DNA from: Octopus vulgaris
Lineage: Eukaryota
Length of the DNA: 64,000 nt
Direction of reading: 5' to 3'
Assembly: GCA_951406725.2 (NCBI GenBank)
Contig: OX597841.1
Location: forward strand, 20,708,001-20,772,000
In this document: positions 49,868 through 62,924 of the stretch, one piece after another
Numbering within the stretch: the first letter of the stretch is position 1
Layout: every line of letters begins with the position of its first letter
The notes under the pieces: model-generated
Databases searched by the model: none
Told to the model about the DNA's origin: nothing
The model's input: the letters and a program-made list of their open reading frames with translations, nothing else
Position numbers and translations under genes: made by a program

Positions 49868-51079
49868 CTGGGTGCATAAGATATCTGAGGACAGATTTAT
49901 GTTTATAAAAAAAAAACAGATATGTAATAACTTTATTTATATAAAAGTGCTATGAGGATAAAAATAATCCTTTTCTATAATGTTATTCAATTAAGCCACC
50001 TTCAGCTTCAACAACTGCTTCTATATTTGATCTAAATCATCTACATGCTAGAATCAATTGCTCCTCATTCATATTGGACATTACTTAGACTAAGGCAGCT
50101 TTCATAGAATCTTTGGTAAATCATCTACATGCTCAAATCAAGTGGTCCTAGTTCATTGTGGACATTACTCTGACTATGGCAGCTTTCATAGAATCTTTGG
50201 GGTTCATTGACCTCTCAACAATGCTCCACATATAATAGTCCAATGGATTGAGATCTGGGGAATTAAGAGGTCATATGTTAGGGGTTATGTGATCTTGAAA
50301 ATTTTCAGCCATCCATTCCTGTTTTACTAGAGCCATGTGTGATAGTGCAGAGTCTTACTCAAACACATATAGCCTTCCATTGCATACACTGTCTATCCAT
50401 GGCTTAACAATTATTTCCAGGACCTCAATGTAGGCAGCGGAGTTAACTCTAAGGCTTTGTGGAAAGAAGTAAGGAGGCATCACATGTCATTCATTGCTGA
50501 CAACCCCTAAAACCATGACAGTTGCAGGAAATTTTGTATGCATAACACTTGCACATAACCAACTGTCATTTTTTCCTTTTCCAGCTTAAGAGCCTTTTAG
50601 ATCTGATGTAGTGATTTTCTATTGCCTTTTTGGACAAATTGACCTTTCCTTATCATATAAGATGTCTTCATGGACAGCATTTCTGACTGTTCCTTCTGAC
50701 ACAGAGATCTTTTGCAATTGACCTCATGGACTTTCTGGGATTGTAATCAATGGGTTGTTGAACTTGCTGGATAAATTCAGGTGTTCAGAGTGTTTAGAAT
50801 GCTTTTTATGCTTTGATTCTGGTGATTATATTTCCATCTTCAGCCTTTTAGCTCCTTACAGATTTTGTAGACAAAAGATCTGGCAACTTTTAAAAATTGA
50901 GATATTTTTAAATCGCTATGCTCAGCCTTTATAACCACAATAAGAGCACGCCTCTTCAATTCTTGAGTAAGCTGAGGGTCTGTCATTATTATTTTCTAGA
51001 GCAAAGATTATACAGAGTTAGCAAAAAATGCAGCAATGACCCCAAAAACCGTTTGTCCTCAAATATTTTACGCACCCTG
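49868..51079 (-). mobile_element. Tc1/mariner element (decayed)
   Basis: TA-flanked TIRs CTGGGTGCATAAGATATCTGAGGACA / TGTCCTCAAATATTTTACGCACCCTG; QEWMAENF..NSPDLNPLDYYMW; internal ~84-bp tandem duplication at ~50033-50200. Confidence 0.9.
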
Positions 51080-51198
51080 TATATATAGTATTTAATAAAC
51101 TGTATGGAATATAGTATACACCTGGTAGTTTGCTGGTAAAGCTTGTTCATTGGGTATTTGATTAATGAGAGAGATGGAAGATACAAAAATCTTTATTG

Positions 51199-51304
51199 AT
51201 CACTACAATTGTTTCAACCCATCTAGCATTGATCTTTTGTAGGAGAGATACAGTACAACTGGTTTAGGTGTATCCATGAATGTTGATGTGTCTCCTCAGG
51301 TGAT
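51199..51304 (-). ncRNA. Type I hammerhead motif in a PLE pLTR
   Basis: AUCAC-CUGAGGA-GACACAUC...GAUGGGUU-GAAA-CAAUUG-UA-GUGAU, immediately followed by C-AAUAAA. Confidence 0.8.
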
Positions 51305-51753
51305 TTCAAGAAGTATCTCATTAAAAATAAGCTTGTTTTGCACAATTTATTTCTGGATGTTTTCTTGCTCTTTGTATATCAGAATGGAAAATTAATTATC
51401 AAAATAGAAAATTAAGGAATACAACTTCATTCTTATGCATGGGCATTGTTGGTATTTTACATGGACAGTGGTCAGTCATAAGTGATCGTCTTCTTCGGTC
51501 ATGAGTAGACCACCATCATCATCATATGTATATCTGTCATTAATTATGAATATCCAATGGTAAAATAAATTTGTCTCATTATCTTTTTCTCTTTATTTAT
51601 AATTTGATACACTCCTTATGTTAATAAATAAGCATACTAATATTGTTTTAAATATGGGTTATATGCCCACCACTGATATGGAAAAAGTATAATTAGTGGG
51701 TCATTAAGTTGCAGAAAAAGTAATAATTTCCATGCTGGTATATATATTTATGT

Positions 51754-51811
<58 letters not shown>

Positions 51812-54800
51812 GTGCAATTAACAATGAATGGAATATTATAAATTATTGTATTAAGTTTAGATTAATTTTTTAAAATTTAAATAAAAATTTAATATTAAAG
51901 AGTTAATTAATATAAGTGTATCTATAATAAGAAATGGGTTACTAAATAATATATAGAGAGTATATGTTATACTTATTGTGTGATTGGAACAGAAAAAAGC
52001 AGAATTTATGTAAAAGATGTGATTAAGAAGGTGTGTATGTATAATCAAAATTATATAATCAGAATATTAGAATATATCAGATGTATTGTATATTATTATT
52101 TAGTGAAATATTAGTGTAGTGAAAATCAATTATTTAAATTTAGAAAATATATATTTGTGTACATGTAAGCATTGGGAAATTTTCTCAGGTCTATCATTTA
52201 AGAGTTTATGCTTTGAGAATACATTGTAATTTATTTCCTCCAGGCAGAGCAAACAAGTTTTGGCTGGTGGCATATACCCTTGAGCATTGTTAAAATTTTC
52301 CATTTAATCTTATAAGTTATATTGCTATCTTTTAGTTTCTAGATAAATTTACTAAGGCCTGTGCTATTTCTTTTATTAGAATTTCTAAAAGAGATCTTAT
52401 GGTTTGCAAGTCAGCATTTCACATAACACGCTCCATCATTATAGAAATATTTGCCTTCCACTTCAATGGTTGCATGGTTTACAGTTATTAGAAGTGTTAG
52501 TTGTGTTTGTATTGTTGTTCATGTGTTGTTTAGATATATGTCTGGCATTTATGTTTGTTTGAATATTGATTGTGTTCATAGTTAGAGGTGGAGTTATTTC
52601 AATTTGTGTAATATGCATTAAATTTTACATTATTAAAAGGTGATATATGCCGAAATAGGTTTTTGGTTACCAAAAATCCAATCCTCATTATTCTATTATT
52701 AATGATAGTTATATTATTAGAAGTGAAATGTTTATCTATGATAAAATGAATTACTCGGATAAGGTTAGTCATTATTTTCCTTTTTTATTCAGGTATTTCC
52801 TGTTGCTTTTATGTGTATCTTTTATATATGGAATATGTTTCTTGCGTCTTAAGGATTTTTTAGTTTATTTAGTTTAGTTATTGTTTAGTCTATAGTTGGA
52901 TTCATGTTGATTGTAATTCATATTTATATTATCATTATAACTGCAATTATTTTTATTTCTATTTTTTTAATGTTAATTTTTGATTGATTTGTATTTATTA
53001 TAATCAAGTCTTCCTTCACCTGGTTGTTTGTCTGTGGATTATCAGTATGTGGGTCAAATTTATTTTCTGTTTGTATCCTGCCTTAGCGAATGCTGAGTTA
53101 GAATAATCCTTATTTATATAAAAAATTTCTTGACTAGATGAAAGATCAACTTTGAATTGGGTCTATGATATGGTGCATGGTTACCTGTGAGTTAATTAAG
53201 ATTAACATCTAGAAAGTTTACTGAGCTATGCTCATTTTCAACAGAAATTTTAAGACCAAACCTATTGAAGAATTTATGAAACTTTTTCTTCTAATTTTCT
53301 ATTATTAGTAGTTTTAATAATGAACTAGCAGAGTTACCCAGTGTTGCCCGTGTCACATGCAATTGAAGAATTAGACTTTTCTGTTATATTTTCTCTAATG
53401 AATTGGAATATCTATGTTTCGAATTTCATCAAAATTGCAGATGAGGGTTATTTCCCTCTTTACACAACCTAAAAAAATATATAATCGTGCCACATGTATC
53501 CCATACTACTGATTTTTATGCACATATTCCAAAATTCCAGTTTTATTGAACCTGTTAAAAGGATTTTGCTCCTGAAAAATGGAGGTCATGGAGCTCTAAA
53601 ATGTGAGAGTTAAGACCCCTGTTGGGGTTCGGTGTCTTAATGTCAACCAGAGAAGTTGAATGTGTTGAGAATCTTTTTAACTTGGGTCTTATATCTATTG
53701 TTTGAATTTCTTTGAAATAGGGAATATATGTTCACTGGGTTTGTAAAAGAGAGCAAAGCTACAGGAAACCAGAAGACAAATGATCACAATAAGCAGTCAG
53801 CTACCCTACCCTAGTCGTTACCACTCCCAATGTCGGATTCCTCACCATCCAGGTGACAGGCACAGCCGTAAGATGCATTACGAATCTCTAGCAATTGGAA
53901 GGGCGTGACCCAACTGAAATAAACATTAACAACTGTGTGAGGTGAGGGCTAAGGAGAAATGAAAGTGTCACCTCTGGAGTTTGCAAATGACCACTATACT
54001 GATACATAACTGGACAGAATAAATTTACAATCTATAAATGTTACCATGTGGGGACTCTGTGTGATCCAGTGATAATAAAATGACTGAAAGGAGGTCTGCA
54101 ATGAAATAACTTTTCTCCACACTTTGCAACTGAATCAGTGGAGGCAAAGATGTCTTTCATTTACTTGACAATTTATGCACCACATTGCAGAAATCACAAT
54201 GTAAGTGTATGTCAAAGCAAAGTGTTACACTGTTGTACCATTGAATTACAAATAATGCTCGGGTAACCTTACAGCTTCCAAGAGTACAACTGTATTCGTC
54301 TTTGCTTAGATAAAATGAGTAAATTGTGGGTATTAACTCCCCATGAAGGGGTCTTTCTAACTTGTAAGAAGATGAAATTTTATAAATATTACTTCATTTG
54401 TGTCTAATATGTATGATTAAAATTTCATCAACAGCCAAAATATATGAATTTTCGTGGGGATTATGGCCCTTATACATAGAATATAATTTCCAAATTTTGT
54501 AAAGATTCATTCAGTACTTTTGACCTAGTTTTGAATCATAAAAGAAATTACTAAAATTTGGGAGTTAAGGCCCCCATTAGGGTGTCTTAGAATCGTCATG
54601 TGAAGTGGAAACTTTGAGAATACTTCTTGATGTGTGTCAATTACCCATGGTTGAAATTTCATCAACATAGAAAATTTATGAATTTTCATGAGGGGTTTTG
54701 CCCCCTTTAAGCCATCTGAAATTCAAACCGAACATAATGCATTATACGCGCCCTGATGCATTGAATCTAAGTTTCAAATATCATAAGGATCCATTCAGTA

Positions 54801-54909
54801 ATTTTGCTTCATGAAATAACTCTTCCTCCCTGGGCTTGGATTTTGTGTTCCAAATTTCATTATGATTGGTGCTGCAGTTTTTGAATGTAAGATTTGCTTT
54901 TTTTCGGAA

Positions 54910-55631
54910 TATGTGGTAAAGCAAATCTTTGCTGAACCCTAATTATAAAGTATTACCGTGAAATGGTCTTTTTTCATGCCGAATTCTACTTGGTGAAATT
55001 ATTGATTACTTCTTAATTAATTAATTTTACCCTTTGTTATTATTGATAATGGAATTTTTCTCCCTGATAACAAACTACAGTTTTTTTCCTGTAGTATCTT
55101 ACTTGACGACACGTGCTGATGGGCAGGGGGAGGTGATGAACTCTCATTCGTATTTTGAATTCGGCGGCACTAACACTGAATATGATCTGTCCGATACCGT
55201 TAGGTGGAGAGATATATTCAATTCTTCCAGTGCCTTCGAATTTAATATTTAATATTGTTGGAGTCCCATGCTGATGAACGAAAATGGTTTGGTAAAGTAT
55301 AATTCTATATTTTTTATATTGATCTAATTCCGAAACGCACGTACATGGGTGACCAGATATGGATTGTTTTTCGTTATTTTTCCTCTCTGCCTACGTAGAT
55401 TGTTTTCAAGTATTTTGGTTTTTCTGGGAATCCCTTTTTAAAGTAGAAGAAATAGATAAGGTTTTTTAACTGCTATTTCTAAACTTCGGTATGTGGTAAA
55501 GCAAATTTTTGCTGAACCCTAATTATAGAGTATTACTTAAGCTTACCGTGAAATGGTCCTTTTTCATGCCGAATTCTACTTGGTGAAATTATTGATTACT
55601 TCTTAATTAATTTTATCCTTTGTTATTATTG
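54910..55631 (+). mobile_element. Retrozyme-like / solo pLTR unit with ~135-bp terminal direct repeats
   Basis: 54910-55046 repeats at 55490-55631 (580-nt period); central hammerhead; ends at (TA)n(TG)n. Confidence 0.7.
55265..55349 (+). ncRNA. Type I hammerhead ribozyme motif
   Basis: CCCAUG-CUGAUGA-(long, weak AT-rich stem II)-GAAA-CGCACG-UA-CAUGGG; perfect 6-bp stem I. Confidence 0.75.
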
Positions 55632-55664
<33 letters not shown>

Positions 55665-58169
55665 AAATTTAAATTTAAAAGGGCGAAAAATTGAATATTA
55701 ATTTGATTAATATCAATTTAAAACCAGTGGTGTAGCATATTGAAAAGTCTGAAGTTTCAGAAAAGATTATATTACATACATATAAGAGGGATGACCTGTA
55801 AGTGGACATACATTATGCTAGAAGAAGATCCGCTAAGGTCTTACCATTCCTTTGTTGGTGGTAAGACCATAGCGGATCTTCTTCTAGCGTAATGGATGTC
55901 CACTTACAGTTCACCCCACTTATATAATAGTTTCACTTTAATAGTTTCAGTATTAAAGTGAAAGCATCTGACATTACAATAGAGAGATGTTTTGGTTTCA
56001 CTTTTGACACGTAATACTGAAATAGTAGAGAAGATATGATATTGCTGTGGGCTCGCACTAGGCAAGAAGTTAAAATTTTTTTTGCCCATGACACTTCATG
56101 GACCCTAAGTAAGGCATGTGTAAAATTTGAATGAAATTGGTTGTGTAGTTCTCAAGTTTTAGGGAATCACACAGACGGACAGACACACATATAATATATA
56201 TATATGTATATATAATATATATATATATATAGATAATGCATCGTCCTTATATTGGCTGCCACCTATTTCTGGGAATTCACTATTAAACTTATGCAGTATA
56301 TATATTGCTACAATATAGATGACTTGCACCAAACCAATCGAGCCCATAGCTATGTTGAAGCAATCAGGTGTGTCCTTCCTAGCCAAGTATTTATTGTCAA
56401 ATTTAATTGATTTACACGCTGTAAGTATATTAATTCCTGGTGAGACAAGTTAGTATGATGCTTAGCACTATTTAGTACTGTGGGGTTTATTGAGGAGTAG
56501 TAATCATTTATATTGACCTGGATAAATCTATGTCTATCCTTATTATCAAATCCATTGAACCAGCTGGTTACTTCCTGTGTATTAGACCACAGCTCTAATC
56601 TTAATTTATTCTTAAGTTGGACAATATTTTTATCTAAAATCAATTGGCTTAATTTACCTATGTCAGATTTTGCTTAGCAAATAAGTCTTACTTATGGGTC
56701 AGTGAAGAAATTAGATTTGTGGTCCTTAAGAAATATTCTGGGTCTCAGAGGAACGAACAGTTCAGTCAATTCATCAAGATTATATTCATACATAATTTTT
56801 TTACACTCAAGATTAATATTTCTAAGTATATTCCTATTTACTATTTTATATTTTTTAGTTATTTCCTTCTGAATGAGATTATGGTATAAATTAATGTTCA
56901 CATTGTATAGATTTTAATTCCAGGATAATGTTCCTTAATTTTCTCATGTGCTGGTTTCTAAGTGGGCGCTTCTCACGTCTGATGTTCTTAACTGCATTCC
57001 AAATCTGGTCTTTGAAAGTATCAAGATGTCTATTATATGGGTGATGTTTCTTTGATTCAAGTAAGATTTATCCTCTGAATAAACTAGAGCCAATTTCGCT
57101 ATGTTTTGAGAGTGAACAGCCATTTTGTCTTTTTCTACATTGGCCATTTTCATCCTCTGTAAACACTTGAAGCTACTCAGTGACATTATCATGTGTGGGA
57201 AGCAGCAACCAATTTGTTTCTTATATACGTTAGTTTTGGTCAGCATTGTTGTTGCTATTGCTCTTCTCATTGCTTTGTTGAGTCTTGTTGTTGTTATTCA
57301 TGTTCTTGTTCATGTTAATGTCATTCTTCTTCTGCTTGTACTTCTTGCTTATACTGTCAGCCGTTTTATTGAAGTAAACACTTCTACACTGTGATATCCT
57401 GATATCTCAACACACAATTGCAGAGCCCCCCCCCCCCAAAAAAAAACCCCATTGAATAGCTGAAGGATTAAAATTAATCAAAGGACATACTAACTAAATT
57501 CTACCTGCTGGAAATAACAGTCTTATGTAAATCACCAAAATACAGAAATCAACCGAAGGCAAATCAGGTTAAGACAATCTCCCAATGTACATTTAAGTAT
57601 TTGGACTGACATGGACCAGCTTCTGCACTGGCAAAAGTAGCCTTAGCTTCCTCAGCATGCATTACTATGATAGAAGAGACTCCCAACCTGTCATTTTGAA
57701 GTTCGTGCTGCAACTGATTCATTTTGTGCCAAAATCATGGCAGTCACCAGTGTGGAAATAATCTCGATACAGGGGCAAGCAGTTCACGAGAAAAATAATT
57801 CATGAAAAATTAATTTGCAAAGATATCATTAATTCTCTCGTTATCCATATATACAGACATACATAAATGTATAATAAATATATAGGGCAGTGATGAGTTT
57901 GTATGAGGGAGTAAAGATGAGTTAGAATTGGATCAGAGCTGTCGGAGGAGTTTGCAGTGAAAGTTGGTGTGCATCATGTGTAGACATGAATGTGTGTGCT
58001 TGTATATAATAGGCTGGGTGTGGTAAACCTTGTGCTTAATCCCCAGACTGTAGTGATGGGGAATACTAAAAGTATAAGTTCTAATATTTATTTCATGATG
58101 GGGTCCTCCAGTTTCCTAGTATATCTCTGTTCATGAGTGCGAGATTAGCAGATTTCATTTTTATAGCTT

Positions 58170-58700
58170 AAGTAGATGGATGAGAGAAAAGTGTTTCAGT
58201 ATCATTCTTTTCTCTTCCAGACAGAGTCTGCAGCTCTTATTGCTATTGAAGTGAGGCTTACACATCATCAGTTGATGCTGTAACATGCAGCACTTTCTTT
58301 CATAGGTATCACAGCTCTTGCTAGAGCTAGAGCTGTGATATTTTGCCTCTCCTATATATTAAAAGAGAACTTGTAATTGTTAAATCTGATCCTAAAGAGA
58401 TATTCTGTCACACTCACATATTTTCACATATCAGTCTGCTCACTGGGATTCTTTGACATCACCTCTGCCTCATATACAATGGTCTCTGTGTTGTATTGGC
58501 CATCAAATGAACATGTACTGTTACCTATGCACAAGCATCTAGCTTCTGTTTCAGGTATGGGCTTACCTTGTATAAAGAAAATCTTAGGAGGTAGGCTCAT
58601 ACCTGCTAGCATGAACGACATGAGCATATTATCAAGACATTGTTTTATAGCCAGCTGCCCTTTCTGTCTTGAACACTTATCTATTTTTCAAGGGATTTCT
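58170..58700 (-). mobile_element. Penelope-like GIY-YIG fragment
   Basis: CLCIGNSTCSFDG..TIVYEAEV...RFNNYKFSF...SCRLCLEEKRMILK (frameshifted). Confidence 0.75.
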
Positions 58701-59439
58701 TATTTCACATATCTTTGAAAGCCCCAAACCAGCAGGTGATTTGTTGACAGAGGAAATCACCACTTAAAGCTCAATGATTCTCGGAGAAGTGCAAATGTGA
58801 ACAAATACACACACACACACACACATATACATACAAAGGGCTTTGGTTCTATTGTAGAAGACCCATGCCAAAAGTGCTGTGCAGTGGGATTGAACTCAAA
58901 ACCATTGCGTAGTTAAGAAACAAATGTCTTAACTACACAGCCATGCTTATACATTGACACGTTGATTAATATCACTGATTACTTGGTATGAGGTGATTGT
59001 TTGTCCATACACACACATGGTATATGCTATGACCCTTCAGGTGATAAAATGGATAAATATAAAAACTATGACCTATCTGAAGAGTTACTTCTCAGGTTTT
59101 TTCTGTTCAGTCAAATTATATGCTTGTAAACATTTTCAAGGGTTGCTTTCTTTAACAAGCCCCTCATTTGGATTAAAGAACCGAGAAAAATTCACAGCAC
59201 ATAGCCACTTAATGGCCAAAGCAACACTGAGACCATTGTATATGAGGGAGAGGTGATGTCAAAGGATCCCAGTAAGCGGACTTACATATAAAATATGTGA
59301 GAGGCCTTCCAAGATTTTATTGACTCTAGATTGCCAGGTTTTTACAGTTCTGAGCTGGAGAAGCTACCACTGAAATGACAAAAGTGTATTGACAATATCT
59401 GTGCATACTTTAATGAATAAAACTATTCCTTGTATTTAT

Positions 59440-59845
59440 AAAACATTAGCAAACTTTTTTTTCTTTTCGACAAATTTCATACTTGACGACCTAATGTATA
59501 TGTGATAGTGGGATGACCAGGAGGTGAGGTGAAGGTCAGTCGAGAATAGTAAGATAGAGAGTGTAAGAAAAGTGAAGGATAGGAGTGGGAAGGGGTTTTT
59601 TTTTTTTTGAAGAGCATATGTGGTTGCATATATGTGTGGATGTGCACAAGTGCTAAGAGAGGCGAACTCCTTATGGAGGAAGAACCAGCTCTTGCTCTTA
59701 GGGTGTACCCTACCAGTTGGCTGATATTTCCATTTGTGAGGACAAGAGGAAAATACCTTGCCTTTAGAGTTCCAGTAACCTCCTAGGTGGAGGAAATTCT
59801 TCAATATAATTCTTTTTTCTGCTGAACAAAGACTGCACCTCATAC
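59440..59845 (-). mobile_element. Penelope-like 3' fragment
   Basis: RCSLCSAEKRIILK..NSKGKVFSSCPHKWKY, a typical PLE endonuclease C-terminus. Confidence 0.65.
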
Positions 59846-61063
59846 TGCTGTTTTTTTTCTTTTAATACCCCATATGTGTTTTGTTTGTTTGAATTTTATA
59901 GTACAAATAAACTACAAAGCAAGTGCCTAGGGCAAAGTGTAATATTGAAATAACTTGATTTATTGAAAAATTGATAAATTGGTAGCACAGATACAGAAAT
60001 TCTTCTCTTATGGATGTTATCCTAGAGAGTGAGAGAAACAAGGAAGTAAAATATCTATGAAATTAGTAGGCTATAGAGTGTGAGAGTGGAGTGGTTGGGG
60101 CCAGGAGAGAGAAGGAGAGAAGAGGGGGGGTGATTTAAAATGCAGCATTCAAAATGGATCATAAAATCAACATTTCTATGAACCACAATAGTTTCCATGT
60201 AATCTATATTTTATTTCAATATGCACTCAATTTTTTTTCCAATTCACCTACTTTCTTGTTTCTTTGCTTCCCATATCTCTTATGGCCTAGTATCTATATA
60301 ATTTTTATTGCTTTATTATTTTCAAATAAATAATTATCTATTTTTAACAGCATACTTTCAGTGCTTTTAACATCAGTTTTTTTTCTTGATTGAAATATTC
60401 ATAGTTTAGATAAATTACCAATCCAAGAAGAATAAAAATAATACGAGAAACAATTCTTCCTTATAGTATGATAGTATTTCTTAAGCAGACTCTAATGATA
60501 TTATTCCTCACCAACACTTCAATCACCTACTGTATATTCATGTAATTTAAAGCTGATATTCTGGTATTTTTTTTATTAGTATGTTGAAAATTCCAAATAC
60601 TTCGCATCATACTCCATTGTTTGAATTTGACCCATCTATATAACTGACCCAGATCTTAATCAATCTGATTGATTGACTATTGATGTTGCTCGTTTTTGAT
60701 TTTTTAAAATCTAATTAATTAAAGATTTTTTTTTCTAAAGAAAGTTGTTAAATATCATATCACACTTTTTTTGTTTGTTTAAATCAAGTGGTTACCACTT
60801 AACACTTCTTTCTATTCTTCTGTTATTAAATGAGAAGTTAATTTGGCTTTATAAAAAAATAGCTATTTTGGTATATGTACTTTTCAACAGCCTCATGTAA
60901 TTTTTGCAATTTGACTACAACATTTTTCAATAACCTATAGGCACAGGAGTGGCTGTGTGGTAAGTAGCTTGCTTACCAACCACATGGTTCCAGGTTCAGT
61001 CCCACTCCGTGGCACCTTAGGCAAGTGTCTTCTACTATAGCTTCGGGTCAACCAAAACCTTGT

Positions 61064-62527
61064 GTTGGTCCCGACAACATCCCAGCTATAATTTGGAAGG
61101 ATGATAGATTTCACACACTTTTGCTCAACCTTTGCAACCACTCACTTTCCACCTTTGTCGCTCCAAAGATTTGGCACCAATCTCAGATCATCTCAATACC
61201 CCAAAAAGGCGATTTATCCCTCGTCACCAACTACAGGGGTATATCTCTAATGTCAATTGCTGCAAAACTGTACAACAAACTGATTCTAAATCGTCTTGTC
61301 CTTTTTGTTGAACCTTTGCTCCGAAAGAACTAAAATGGATTCAGACATGGGCGCTCAACGCTGAGCCAGATACTATGCCTATGCAGACTTATTGAAGAAT
61401 CAAAAGCATTTAATCGCGATCTTGCAATGGTATTTGTAGACTTTTCTAAAGCGTTTGATTCTGTAGATAGGTACAAGATGTTTGAAATCCTTAAGCTCTA
61501 TGGGATACCAGACAAAATCATTTCTGCCATCAAGGTCCTCTACACAGATACGTCTTCAACCATCTTAACCCCTGACGGAGAAACATCATCTTTCTCAATC
61601 AAAGCCAGAATACTGCAGGGAGACACACTCGCCCCATTTCTTTTCATCATTGTTGTTGACTATGTGCTACGTATGTCAGTTGATACCATCTCTGGCAAGG
61701 GCTTTGAAATAAAACCAAAGAAGTTCCAGACACCCAGCTGAATACTTGACAGACACTGACTTTGCTGATGACATCGCTCTTATCAGTGATTCTCTCTCCA
61801 ATGCCCAGTCTCTTTTACAATCTCTCGAACAAGCCTCAAATTGTGTAGGTCTTTACCTCAATGAGGCCAAGACTGAATATATAAACAAGTGCCTGTCCAA
61901 CAGTGATTGCATCATCCATACTCTCAACAATGCGCCCTTAAATATGGTTTCTGATTACAAATATCTTGGGTCATACATATCATCATCTGGAAAAGATTTT
62001 CTAACTAGAAAGGGTATGGCCTGGTCAGCCTGTAATGACATGCATAAGATCTGGTCATCAAATCTAAGTAGAGACTTCAAACTTGAAATCTTCAAAGCCA
62101 CAGTCGAACCAATTCTACTATATGGCTCAGAAACCTGGACGTTATCAAAGAAGCTTGAGAGGCGGTTGGATGGAACCTACACTCGCCTCCTTATGAGAGC
62201 TCAAAATCTCTCGTGGAAGCGCCATCCAACCAAAATGCAAATATATGGGAAACTACCACCTGTGTCATCTCTTGTGAAAGGTAGGAGAGTCCAGTTGGTT
62301 GGACATTGTTGTAGAGCTGAAGAAGAAGTAATTTCTACTCTTCTCCTCTGGAAGCCATCTACTTGCAATACCAGAGGGCGCACACTCTCCTACCCTGATG
62401 TAATCTCCAGGGATACAAGCATCCAGCAACAGGACCTCCGTAATGCCATGATGGACCGTGAAGTCTGGTGTAGCATGGTAAATTCCATTGTCTCGACCAC
62501 GGTTGAACAATGATGATGATGATGATG
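61064..62527 (+). mobile_element. RTE-group LINE, 5'-truncated, inserted inside a SINE
   Basis: GPDNIPA, NYRGISLMSIAAKLYN, FVDFSKAFDSV, ILQGDTLAPFLF, DFADDIAL, LLYGSETW; (TGA)n tail; the SINE resumes at 62528. Confidence 0.95.
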
Positions 62528-62589
62528 AGTGGATTTGGTAGACAGAAACTGAAAGAAGCCCATCATATATGTGTGTATATATATCATGT

Positions 62590-62888
62590 GATCATGTGAC
62601 TGACCAGACCATCAGATGTTGTTACACATCGCTGGTCACAATGCGTTCACATTGTTTTAGCCTTCGAATGACGCCACCCCGCTGGCTAAGCGAGCAGGCC
62701 AACAGAAGAAAGAATGGGAGAAAGAATGGTGAAAGTGTACAGCAAGGATCACCACCCCCTACCGGAGCGTCGTGGAGCTTTAGGTGTTTTCGCTCAATAA
62801 ACACTCACAACACCCTGTCTGGGAATCAAAACTGCGATCCTACGACCGTGAGTCCGCTGCCCTAACCACTGGGCCATTGCGCCTCCAC

Positions 62889-62890
<2 letters not shown>
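62590..62890 (-). mobile_element. tRNA-headed SINE
   Basis: Minus-strand head GGAGGCGCAATGGCCCAGTGGTTAGGGCAGCGGACTCACGGTCGTAGGATCGCAGTTTTGATTCCC. Confidence 0.8.

Positions 62891-62924
<34 letters not shown>

Larger units (their letters stand above)
53325..56233 (-). mobile_element. Non-autonomous Helitron, about 2.9 kb with nested inserts
   Basis: Minus strand 5' TC (56232-33), 3' hairpin + CTAG (53325-28), A|T target; removing it restores the PLE RT frame YKDDAL-FII. Confidence 0.9.
52200..56940 (-). mobile_element. Penelope-like element (RT + GIY-YIG), split by a Helitron
   Basis: RIFLKDHKSNF, LWSNTQEVTSWF..FIQVNINDYYSSI, IAMGS, QYKDDAL|FII..FGLKISVE..VNFLDVNL, NHKISFRN..STGLSKFI..IKWKIL..CLLCLEE. 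Confidence 0.9.

Noticed and set aside
57711-57755. Possible hammerhead relic (minus: CTGGTGA-CTGCCA..TGGCAC-AAAA)
   Set aside because: Needs at least three corrections in the core and stem I does not pair; position downstream of a GIY-YIG fragment is suggestive only.
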